Positions 31,101-38,287 of a stretch of 64,000 nucleotides of DNA are shown here, piece after piece. Location: the NCBI GenBank assembly GCA_965214935.1, contig CBDCCS010000021.1:128001-192000 (forward strand). The letters are read 5' to 3'. Below the pieces are notes generated by a model that worked only from the letters and a program-made list of their open reading frames with translations, was not told the origin of the DNA and searched no databases. The position numbers and the translations under genes were made by a program. Positions within the stretch are counted from its first letter, which is position 1. Each line of letters opens with the position of its first letter. This DNA is from Candidatus Velthaea sp. (GTDB taxonomy: Bacteria > Vulcanimicrobiota > Vulcanimicrobiia > Vulcanimicrobiales > Vulcanimicrobiaceae).

Positions 31101-31326
31101 CGAATATAGCTTTTGGTTCAGCGACGTCGGCTGGGGCGTTGAAAATTACGGCACCGATCCCGACGTCGTGGTCGACATCGCGCCGCACGAAACGCGCCGA
31201 GGCCAAGATCCGCAAATGGAACGCGCGCTCGAGATCATACTAGCGGCCGTCCACGACCATCCGGTGCGGGCGCCCTTCGGACCGCGGCCGTTTTTACCGC
31301 TACCGGACATCGGGTTGCGACCCTAA
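28102..31326 (+). CDS. Tricorn protease homolog (S41)
   Basis: WKRYRGGTAG, beta-propeller repeats, GELGTSHAY, PDZ-like region, DVRYNRGG, GSDGD, RTWGG. Confidence 0.96.
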   Translation: MTALGYHRSPHLNGEALVFITEDDIWTVPVSGGVARRLTTNAGECSLPRLSPDGSRIAFVGRDEGHPEVFTMPAEGGPARRLTFLGADALYVCGWSPDGGEIHFTSDAGSAFVRETCAFAVPANGGAVRALNFGHAMSFAVKADGAMLIGRNAVDPARWKRYRGGTAGQLWVDSTGAGVFARLGASIAGNLVWPMWLGERAFFLSDHDGIGNIYSCRPDGSDLQRHTAERDYYARFPSSDGKRIVYACGAEIVLLDPQPGSVRRIDITTPSSASQSARRFVDAADLLERFSPSPDGTAIGVVSRGRVFSMPLWEEAVTEYGDADGSRRRHLTWLHGGKHVAYVDDSAGFERIAVEPVDRSAPLAYVSESNVGRITELSASPVDDTLAIANHRHELLVIAPGAAPRTLDTGRGWRITDLAFSPDGRYIAYAWSPAQDVSIIRIADLRDDSIHDATAALRTDRAPAWDPQGNYLYFISTRDFRPVYDALQFDLSFPQAMRPFVVTLRTDVANPFVAKPAPLHPAKDDDDDADKNETLDIAIDFAGLPLRMLGFPIDEGHYEQIAGAKGRVIYSHFPVRGIQPHARSSDEPEHGGTLAAYDFEQQREGTLAADVDDFVLGSDGRTLVYASREKLRVIDAVADLPEDEEEPKAPGEFNRRSGFLDLGRISLEVEPRNEWRQMFAEAWRLQREQFWDERMSGVDWDAVYLRYAALLPRLRTRLELSDLIWEMQGELGTSHAYEIGGDLRIPPQYRRGFLGADYVWNRAAGGYEISRIYRGDSWDRKSDSPLAEPGLDVRAGDILVGVGGRALTPELSPDALLVNLAEHEIALTIEREGERRRVLVRTLRDERMLRYRAWVDENRRIVHERSAGEVGYIHVPDMGPWGFAEFHRGFLSEFNRRGLVVDVRYNRGGHISPLLLEKLARKRVGYDVSRYGPAVPYPPESVGGPMVAITNQFAGSDGDIFSHCFKLYGLGPLVGMRTWGGVIGINPYHRLVDGTLTTQPEYSFWFSDVGWGVENYGTDPDVVVDIAPHETRRGQDPQMERALEIILAAVHDHPVRAPFGPRPFLPLPDIGLRP

Positions 31327-31357
31327 CTCCCGCCTGCGGTGACGAAGGCCTCGGTTT

Positions 31358-32047
31358 ATGCACGGCCGGGCGCGGAATGAGCAAACAACCATAGGCCGTA
31401 CCGGAGCGAGTTTGACACTTCATCTTTTGCCGCGCGAAGCGCTCGTAAAAACCGGCGACGTCGATCATGCGGCGTGGAACTACGATGGTTTGCTCGGCTA
31501 CGTGTCGCGCCAGCGGTTCAACCTCGTGCATTCGCTGCTTCCGAAACGCCGGGTTGCCAAGCTGCTCGAGGTCGGCTACGGCAGCGGCGTCTTCATGCCC
31601 GAACTAGCACGGTCGGCGGACGAGCTGTACGGCGCAGACATCCATGCTCATCCGAGCGAAGTGACCGCAGTCCTGGCCGGCGCCGGCATAACGGCGCAAC
31701 TCGTCACCGCGCCGGCCGAAGACTTGCCCTTCGTAGACGGCACGTTCGACATTGTCGTGGCCGTAAGTACGTTTGAATTCGTTACCGATGCCGGTCGGGC
31801 TATTCGCGAACTCGCCCGCGTGTTGAAGCCCGACGGCCGCATCATCGTCGTTACGCCCGGGCAAAGCCCGTTGCTCGATATCGCCCTGCGCGTGTTCACC
31901 GGCGAATCGGCGGAAGCAGATTTCGGCGATCGGCGCAAGCTTGTCGTGCCCACCGTTACCACCGAATTGCGTCACGAGCGTTCGGCCTATTTCCCGGCGC
32001 CGTTTCCCGTGCCGGTGTATCGCGCGATGCGATTGGCCAAGCGTTAA
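31358..32047 (+). CDS. Class I SAM-dependent methyltransferase
   Basis: LLEVGYGSG, AEDLPF.DGTFD, RVLKPDG. Confidence 0.92.
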   Translation: MHGRARNEQTTIGRTGASLTLHLLPREALVKTGDVDHAAWNYDGLLGYVSRQRFNLVHSLLPKRRVAKLLEVGYGSGVFMPELARSADELYGADIHAHPSEVTAVLAGAGITAQLVTAPAEDLPFVDGTFDIVVAVSTFEFVTDAGRAIRELARVLKPDGRIIVVTPGQSPLLDIALRVFTGESAEADFGDRRKLVVPTVTTELRHERSAYFPAPFPVPVYRAMRLAKR

Positions 32048-32084
32048 GAATACGCCGCCGGCGACCGGCGGTTATGGCGCCGGT

Positions 32085-32113
32085 TTGACGCTGATGCCGG
32101 AATTTGCTAAGAT
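32085..32113 (+). promoter_or_regulatory. Sigma-70 promoter of infC-rpmI-rplT
   Basis: TTGACG-N17-TAAGAT with TGn extension. Confidence 0.8.
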
Positions 32114-32123
32114 CGGCAGGCCG

Positions 32124-32236
32124 AAGCAGGACCACGCGGTCCTCACCGGATGCCTCTGGCAATCCGGTTCTACTCTAAATAGGCCGCATAGGAGCGGTTT
32201 GTCATGAGCGGGATGCTTCGGCATCGCCGTCTTTTT
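32124..32236 (+). ncRNA. L20-leader-like cis-regulatory RNA
   Basis: AAGC-AGGACC-acgc-GGTCCT-CACC mirrors the Firmicutes L20 leader AGAAGC-accc-GCTTCT-CACC; further hairpins, a UUCG hairpin and a U5 tract precede infC. Confidence 0.7.
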
Positions 32237-32258
32237 ACTCTATGCCGGAGGGCAAGCC

Positions 32259-32957
32259 ATAGCACGACCGCTTCGTATCAACGACCAAATTCGCATTCGC
32301 ACCGTTCGCGTCATCGACGAGGATAGTACACAACTCGGCGTGATGCCGACGGAGAACGCGCTTGCGCTGGCCCGTCAAAAGGGGCTGGACCTCATCGAAG
32401 TTTCACCCACCGCGGTTCCGCCGGTGTGTCGAATCAGCGATTACGGCCGGCTTAAATACGAGCAGTCGAAAAAAGATAAAGACGCGCGCAAAAAGCAGAA
32501 GAATTGGGAGTTGCGCGAAGTCAAGCTGCGGCCGAAGATCGAGACGCACGATTACGAAGTCAAGGCACGCATGGCCGAACGCCTGCTGCAAGACGGCGGT
32601 AAAGTCAAAGTCACGATCATGTTTCGCGGTCGCGAGATCACCTACACGTCGTTTGGAAAACGGCTGCTCGATCGCATGGCCGTCGACATGGCGAATATTG
32701 CGATTCTCGAGCGTGAGGCGAAACTCGAAGGCAAGAACATGTTTATGATTTTGGCACCGCGCGCCGTTCCGCTCGGACCGCCGAAATTCACGCACGTGAA
32801 AGATTCGGCCGTTGAAGCCGCCGCGAAAAAAGACGCGGAAGAAGAAGCGCTGCACGACGGCGACGATCTGCACGAAGTGGCCGAACACGAAGTGTTCGCA
32901 GAGCCCATCCTCGTGCAAGCCGAACGGATCGTGGATCCGGTTACGCAACCAGTTTAA
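32259..32957 (+). CDS. infC: Translation initiation factor IF-3 (ATA start)
   Basis: GGAGG SD then ATA; in-frame ARPLRINDQIRIRTVRVID; GLDLIEVSP, PPVCRISDYG, FRGRE. Confidence 0.97.
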   Translation: MARPLRINDQIRIRTVRVIDEDSTQLGVMPTENALALARQKGLDLIEVSPTAVPPVCRISDYGRLKYEQSKKDKDARKKQKNWELREVKLRPKIETHDYEVKARMAERLLQDGGKVKVTIMFRGREITYTSFGKRLLDRMAVDMANIAILEREAKLEGKNMFMILAPRAVPLGPPKFTHVKDSAVEAAAKKDAEEEALHDGDDLHEVAEHEVFAEPILVQAERIVDPVTQPV

Positions 32958-32981
32958 GCACCTACAATTCCGGGAGACGTC

Positions 32982-33188
32982 ATGCCGAAGATCAGGACCC
33001 ATCGGGGGACCGCCAAACGCGTCAAGGTGAGTGCAAATGGTAAAGTCATGCACCGGCACCAATTCAGCGGTTGCGGCCACATTTTGAGCAAAAAGACGCG
33101 CAAGCGCAAGCGGAACTTCCGTAAGGACCAGCCCGTTTTTGCCGGAGATCTCAAGCGTTTCGCGCCGCAGATCCCCTATTTGCTCTAA
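32982..33188 (+). CDS. rpmI: 50S ribosomal protein L35
   Basis: MPKIRTHRGTAKR, HILSKK; synteny. Confidence 0.97.
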   Translation: MPKIRTHRGTAKRVKVSANGKVMHRHQFSGCGHILSKKTRKRKRNFRKDQPVFAGDLKRFAPQIPYLL

Positions 33189-33202
33189 GGAGATTCTGAT
33201 CG

Positions 33203-33583
33203 ATGGCACGTATCAAGCGCGGCGTTCACGGTATGAAACACCGCCGCAAAGTCATGAAACTCGTCAAGGGTTTCCGGGCGGCGCGGCGGCGTAATTATCG
33301 GGTCGCCAACGAAGCACTGCTGCACTCGCTTGCCTATGCATTTCGCGATCGCCGCGTGCGTAAGCGCGATTTTCGCTCGCTGTGGATTTCACGTATCAAT
33401 GCCGCCGCCCGGCGTGAAGGTCTTTCATATTCACGTTTCATGGCCGGTTTGAAGAAAAGCGGGATTACGGTCAATCGTAAAGCGCTCGCCGATCTCGCCG
33501 TGCACGATGCCGCTGCGTTCGGACAGCTGCTCTCGGCTGCGAAGAGTTCGCTGGGCCTCGGCAGCGAGAGTGCCGCAGCCTAG
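33203..33583 (+). CDS. rplT: 50S ribosomal protein L20
   Basis: [32 protein letters not shown]. Confidence 0.98.
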   Translation: MARIKRGVHGMKHRRKVMKLVKGFRAARRRNYRVANEALLHSLAYAFRDRRVRKRDFRSLWISRINAAARREGLSYSRFMAGLKKSGITVNRKALADLAVHDAAAFGQLLSAAKSSLGLGSESAAA

Positions 33584-33625
33584 TCTCGGGCGGGTACCGA
33601 TACCGGCCTCCGCGACGCACGCATG

Positions 33626-34489
33626 CTAGATGACGTGAATGGCGTCGTTGAGGTCGGACCCTGCAAGCAGTAGTTGCACGAGCACGTCTTCGGCGCGGCC
33701 GGAGCCCGAGCGGAGCGGTTCGATGATATCGTGCGAGGGCGGCAGACCGTCAAGCCGATGAACGGCGACCGCTCCCGACGCGGCCCGCCAGCGTTTGGCT
33801 AGTCGCAAGACGGCGCGGTTGTTCACCGACGATTCGCCGGCATTGATGACCAAATCGATGACCCGGGCCCGAGGCGTACGGTCGGCGTCGGCATACACAG
33901 CATCGGCAATCCGCAAACCGACCGCAAGTGCATGTAGCGGGTAACGCGGGTATCCGTGCGCCGGAAGTTGACGCTCGCGTTCGACAGGATCCCACCACAA
34001 AAATAGATTCGGCATTTTCTCGATGAGCGGGATGAGCGTCGGATGCAGTTCGTGCGGTAGCGATGCAATGCCTAAAAACGGAGCGATGGCGACGATGCGA
34101 TCGACCGCCGGCAACGTAGCGGCAGCATGAATCGCGAGCGTCCCGCCGATCGAATGACCGCCGATAACAACCTCGCGCACCTCGCGCGCGACCGCCGCGA
34201 CGACTTTCTGCAGATCGGCCGTGAGCAGCTCTGCCGTTAACCCTTCGAGCGCAAAAGTGAGCCGGTCCCGGTACCCGTGCAAGGGCAAGCGCAAAACGAT
34301 AACCGTTGCGCCGCGCAGGTGCAATTGCCGGGCAATCGATGACCACGCCCGCGGGCTTGCCGTAAGACCGTGCAGCAGGAGAATCGCCGTATCGCCGGTC
34401 CCTTCGACGATCGTCGAACGCATGTCTTCGGCGACCGCACCGTCGGCCGCGTCGCGATCGTTTAAAAACGCGCGCAGTTCCGCAATCAC
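33626..34489 (-). CDS. Alpha/beta hydrolase (carboxylesterase-like)
   Basis: LLHGLTASP, GHSIGG nucleophile elbow, SHD. Confidence 0.9.
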   Translation of the reverse strand: MIAELRAFLNDRDAADGAVAEDMRSTIVEGTGDTAILLLHGLTASPRAWSSIARQLHLRGATVIVLRLPLHGYRDRLTFALEGLTAELLTADLQKVVAAVAREVREVVIGGHSIGGTLAIHAAATLPAVDRIVAIAPFLGIASLPHELHPTLIPLIEKMPNLFLWWDPVERERQLPAHGYPRYPLHALAVGLRIADAVYADADRTPRARVIDLVINAGESSVNNRAVLRLAKRWRAASGAVAVHRLDGLPPSHDIIEPLRSGSGRAEDVLVQLLLAGSDLNDAIHVI

Positions 34490-34881
34490 GCGCCGGCGTC
34501 ACTCGCCAGCGCAATCATCGCAAAGGCCCGCTCGACGTCGGCGAGCGCCTCGGCATCAATTGCCGACCGCAACGTGCGCAGACCGCTGCGCACGAATGTC
34601 CGCGCTTCATCGCCGCGCACGGCAAGGACCGCTCGCAGTAAACTTAGGCCGTCATCGACGGCGCGCGCGAACCCGTCGCGAATGGCTCGTCGAGCGTCGT
34701 CAGGCGGAATCCGGGTGCCGGCCGTGTCGGTAGCGAGCATGAGAACGTAATCGAGTGAGGCCGCGGTCGCCAACACCCGATGCGTCAGCCCGACGACCGT
34801 CGGGCGGTCGCCGTAATGCCGGATACCGCTCATTAGCAGGCCTTGCAACGCGCCTGCAATCAGCGCGCGGTCAGCGCCCAC
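34486..34881 (-). CDS. Hypothetical helical protein (start may be 34833)
   Basis: Fills the gap between the NUDIX and hydrolase genes; GTGA coupling at the 3' end. Confidence 0.6.
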   Translation of the reverse strand: MGADRALIAGALQGLLMSGIRHYGDRPTVVGLTHRVLATAASLDYVLMLATDTAGTRIPPDDARRAIRDGFARAVDDGLSLLRAVLAVRGDEARTFVRSGLRTLRSAIDAEALADVERAFAMIALASDAGA

Positions 34882-35375
34882 ATTACGGCAATCTGTGTTT
34901 TTGCATCGGGTAACGCATCGGCTGCAATCATTGCATGTAATTCATCAAGATCGAACGCGTGCGTTTCTATGTCTTCTCCCGCATCAAAATCGGTCGGCCC
35001 GGCCGTTAGCCCGTCGGCGACGAAGAAGTGCAGCAACTCGGTGCAAAATCCGGGCGCCGAATAGGCCGTCCACAAACGCCGCAACGAGCCGGCAGTAAAG
35101 CCGGTCTCTTCACGCAACTCCCGGCGCGCAGCTTCGAGCGGCTCTTCGCCCGGATCGATTCCGCCGGCGCAAACTTCCCAGCTAAAGCCGCCCAGCGGCG
35201 GACGAAATTGCCGGACGAGCACGAGCTGATCCGGTGACGAACGCGCGATCACCGCGACCGCTCCGGTGTGTTCGACGATCTCGTAATCGTGCTCGCCGCG
35301 CGGCGTTTGCAACGTATCGACGCGCACGTTCACGACATGCCCTTCGTAAATGCGACGGCTGCGAATACGCTCCAT
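34860..35375 (-). CDS. NUDIX hydrolase (ADP-ribose pyrophosphatase-like)
   Basis: Nudix box GGIDPGEEPLEAARRELREETG, LVRQFR, SAPGF, DAKT. Confidence 0.94.
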   Translation of the reverse strand: MERIRSRRIYEGHVVNVRVDTLQTPRGEHDYEIVEHTGAVAVIARSSPDQLVLVRQFRPPLGGFSWEVCAGGIDPGEEPLEAARRELREETGFTAGSLRRLWTAYSAPGFCTELLHFFVADGLTAGPTDFDAGEDIETHAFDLDELHAMIAADALPDAKTQIAVMWALTAR

Positions 35376-35409
35376 ACCACGCCCCATACCCGGGTATACT
35401 GGCGACACT

Positions 35410-35685
35410 ATGCAATACGATTCACGTAAGGATACTCTCGCCAAAGACCGCGATGAGGCAACGGACCGGCTTGGATCGGCGCGACCCGACAACGATCCGA
35501 TTTCGAGCGGGAGTGCGACGACCGGCGCCGTGCCGACCGAGCTTGTCGCCGCCGACGTCATTCCCGTCGATGTGCGCCCGATCGAAGGCATTCCGGCCGA
35601 AACGCAAGCCGTCGACTTCATCACGCCCGACGGACGCCCGCGTGAATTTCGTCCGCGTGAGGTTATCCCGGCCGAGGGACGCTAG
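35410..35685 (+). CDS. Small acidic hypothetical protein
   Basis: 91 aa from ATG 35410; fills the gap; GGGTATACT ends 9 nt upstream. Confidence 0.6.
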   Translation: MQYDSRKDTLAKDRDEATDRLGSARPDNDPISSGSATTGAVPTELVAADVIPVDVRPIEGIPAETQAVDFITPDGRPREFRPREVIPAEGR

Positions 35686-36053
35686 GGCGCCTCGCCGTGC
35701 GCGCCGCCGACTTTGAGTCGTGCGTAGATGGTAATCATGTCGAACACCAGCGCGACCTCTGCCGCGGCGATGCACGATCCGGGGATCCACTTGGCCGGCG
35801 CCAGGATATCGGCTAAAGCCAGTACCGCCGTTACGAGATAGGCAACGTATTTGGTAATGATTACACGCGTGTCGTCACCGGGATCGCGATAAGCGCGACG
35901 GAGCGCAAGCGCCGCTCCGGCGACCAGCACCACGATCGCAATCGCCGCAACCAGACGATGTGTCGCGAGATTCGCAAGAACCAGCTTGCCGCCCAATGCG
36001 ACCAGCACGGCGATGATGGCGAGCGACACGATCTCAATGAGGCGGGGGTTCAT
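35682..36053 (-). CDS. Small four-TM membrane protein
   Basis: Four hydrophobic segments from MNPRLIEIV. Confidence 0.75.
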   Translation of the reverse strand: MNPRLIEIVSLAIIAVLVALGGKLVLANLATHRLVAAIAIVVLVAGAALALRRAYRDPGDDTRVIITKYVAYLVTAVLALADILAPAKWIPGSCIAAAEVALVFDMITIYARLKVGGAHGEAP

Positions 36054-36105
36054 CCCGCAACGGTTCGGCAAGAAGCAAGCGACTCCGGCGGGAAGCGTCG
36101 TGCGA

Positions 36106-36873
36106 ATGGTGACCGAGCTCGGAGCTCATAGCCCGCGGATCGAACGCGTTCGCGATTTGCTGACGGCGCGCGGGCGCCGGGCGCAGGGACGGTACGGTAT
36201 CGAGGGTCCGACGCTCATTGCCGAGGCGCAACGCAGTGCCGTCCGGATTTGCGAGCTATACGCGGTCGCCGCATCGCTCGCCGAGCATCCGGCGCTCGCG
36301 AATGATGCGACGCTGCCCGTTTTTATCGTGTCGGGCAAAGTGTTCGCCCGTCTGTCGGACCTGGACGCGCCCACCGGTCTGCTGGCCGTCGTCGACGTGG
36401 CAGCCGCCGACCCGCTCGATATTCTCGCGCGGCCAGGTACGGTGCTGCTGCTTGCCGGTGTCAACGATCCGGGCAACGCCGGCACCCTCGTACGCTCGGC
36501 TGAGGCATTCGGCGCGGCCGGCGTTCTGTTCGGTAGCGGCGGCGTGGATCCGTTTTCGCCCAAGGTGGTGCGCGCGGCGATGGGTTCGCTTTTCCGCGTC
36601 CCGGTGGCGACGATCGGCGCGCCCGCTCTGCTAGCGGCCCTCGCGCAGACGCAGCGCGTGTTGCTTGCCGCGGATGCCGCGGGTGACGACATCGGGCTAA
36701 TCGAGCGACTCAGTGACGCGGTGCTGGCGATCGGAAACGAACGCTGCGGCGTCCGCGACTGGCTGCCGCGATGGGATCGAGCGGTGAAGATACCGCAAAC
36801 CGGCGCCGCGGAAAGCTTAAATGCAGCCGTCGCCGGCAGCATCCTCCTCTACGTTCTTTCACGCAATGGTTAA
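36106..36873 (+). CDS. TrmH/SpoU RNA methyltransferase
   Basis: DPGNAGTLVRSA, RAAMGS, IGNE..G, ESLNAAVA. Confidence 0.95.
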   Translation: MVTELGAHSPRIERVRDLLTARGRRAQGRYGIEGPTLIAEAQRSAVRICELYAVAASLAEHPALANDATLPVFIVSGKVFARLSDLDAPTGLLAVVDVAAADPLDILARPGTVLLLAGVNDPGNAGTLVRSAEAFGAAGVLFGSGGVDPFSPKVVRAAMGSLFRVPVATIGAPALLAALAQTQRVLLAADAAGDDIGLIERLSDAVLAIGNERCGVRDWLPRWDRAVKIPQTGAAESLNAAVAGSILLYVLSRNG

Positions 36874-36922
36874 GAGTTGTCAACACCTGTCAAGCCGCCG
36901 AAAAACCCATGCTTGTCAAGAC

Positions 36923-36951
36923 TTGGCGGCTCATTCGGCCGATGCTATACT
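36923..36951 (+). promoter_or_regulatory. Sigma-70 promoter upstream of yqzL-pheST
   Basis: TTGGCG-N17-TATACT with TGn extension. Confidence 0.7.
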
Positions 36952-37031
36952 CGCAGCAATAACGGTCAGGGACATGCCTCGTCACGGTTGAATTTTTGCA
37001 CGGAACGTTGGAAAAGGGGTATCGCCGACAG

Positions 37032-37133
37032 ATGCGCACTTCGGAGATTTTCTGGAAACTGTTCGCCAGCACCGGATCGATCAACGCGTATATCATGTAT
37101 CGTCACCTACATCCGGCCCCGACCACGTCGTAG
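37032..37133 (+). CDS. YqzL-family micro-protein, 33 aa (not in ORF track)
   Basis: MRTSEIFWKLFASTGSINAYIMYRHLHPAPTTS* matches the FW..F..TG.I.AY..Y pattern; AAAGGGG SD. Confidence 0.85.
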   Translation: MRTSEIFWKLFASTGSINAYIMYRHLHPAPTTS

Positions 37134-37258
37134 AATCGTAGCTGCCGGCCGGCTTAGCCGGCACCGGACTCCAAAGATCGTTGCAACGCCCGGTAACAAC
37201 CGGGCGTTCATCTTTGCGGGGCGCTTTTGCTCCGGACGTTCGAGATCTAGCGAGTTAC

Positions 37259-38287
37259 ATGACCACTCTTGAGGAGTCTTTGCGCGATCTGGCCGCGCGG
37301 TTCGATGCGGCGCTGATTCGAGCGCAGGACGAATCCGCGCTTGACGAGGTGCGCGTGGCGTATTTGGGACGGACGGGCGAACTTACGCTCGTGCGCCGCA
37401 GCATCGGTACGCTGCCGCCTGCCGAGCGGCCCACGGCCGGCAAAATCATCAACGTCGCTGCCGCAGAACTCGAAGAACGGCTTGCACGTGCGCGCGCGAC
37501 GCTCGAGACGGCGTCGCTCGAAGCGTCGCTTGGCGACACGATCGACGTTACGTTTCCCGGTCCGCCGGCGCGAATCGGCTTCATCCATCCCGTCCGTGCG
37601 GTCCTTGCCGACATTGCCCGCTATTTTTCGCGGCACGGCTTCGCCATCGTGCTCGGACCCGAGATCGAGACCGACGCCAACAACTTCGACGCTCTGAACA
37701 TTCCGCCCGATCATCCAGCCCGCGAAGGCTTCGATTCGTTCTACCTGCGTCCGGATCTGCTGCTGCGGACCCACACCTCACCAATGCAAATCCGCGCGAT
37801 GCGTACCAGCGGACCGCCGATTGCAATTATCGTTCCGGGCAAAGCGTACCGCCGCGACGCCGTCGATGCGCGACACCTCTACCAGTTCCACCAAGTCGAA
37901 GGGCTGATGGTCGGCTCGGGCATCCATTTCGGTCATCTCAAAGGGATGCTGACCGGAATGATGCGCGAGCTGTTCGGAGCGCAGCAAGAGATCCGCTTTC
38001 GTCCGTCGTTCTTTCCGTTTACCGAGCCGAGCGCGGAAGTCGACGTTTCCTGTCCGGGCTGTAACGGCAGCGGTTGCCGAACGTGCAGCGGTTCGGGTTG
38101 GATCGAGATCGGCGGCTCGGGCATGGTGCATCCCAACGTCTTACGCAGCGTCGGTTACGATCCGAACGCGGTAACCGGCTGGGCATTCGGTTGCGGCTTG
38201 GAACGAATCGCCATGAAAAAATACGACTTGAGCGACATTCGCGACCTCGTGGAAAACGCGCCGGCGCTCATGGAACAACTGGCATAG
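37259..38287 (+). CDS. pheS: Phenylalanyl-tRNA synthetase alpha subunit
   Basis: NFDALN, HPAR, LRTHTSP, FHQVEG, FPFTEPS, GLERIAM. Confidence 0.99.
   Translation: MTTLEESLRDLAARFDAALIRAQDESALDEVRVAYLGRTGELTLVRRSIGTLPPAERPTAGKIINVAAAELEERLARARATLETASLEASLGDTIDVTFPGPPARIGFIHPVRAVLADIARYFSRHGFAIVLGPEIETDANNFDALNIPPDHPAREGFDSFYLRPDLLLRTHTSPMQIRAMRTSGPPIAIIVPGKAYRRDAVDARHLYQFHQVEGLMVGSGIHFGHLKGMLTGMMRELFGAQQEIRFRPSFFPFTEPSAEVDVSCPGCNGSGCRTCSGSGWIEIGGSGMVHPNVLRSVGYDPNAVTGWAFGCGLERIAMKKYDLSDIRDLVENAPALMEQLA

Noticed and set aside
37134..37258. T-box riboswitch before pheS
   Set aside because: No T-box consensus and the spacer is short for a full T-box leader
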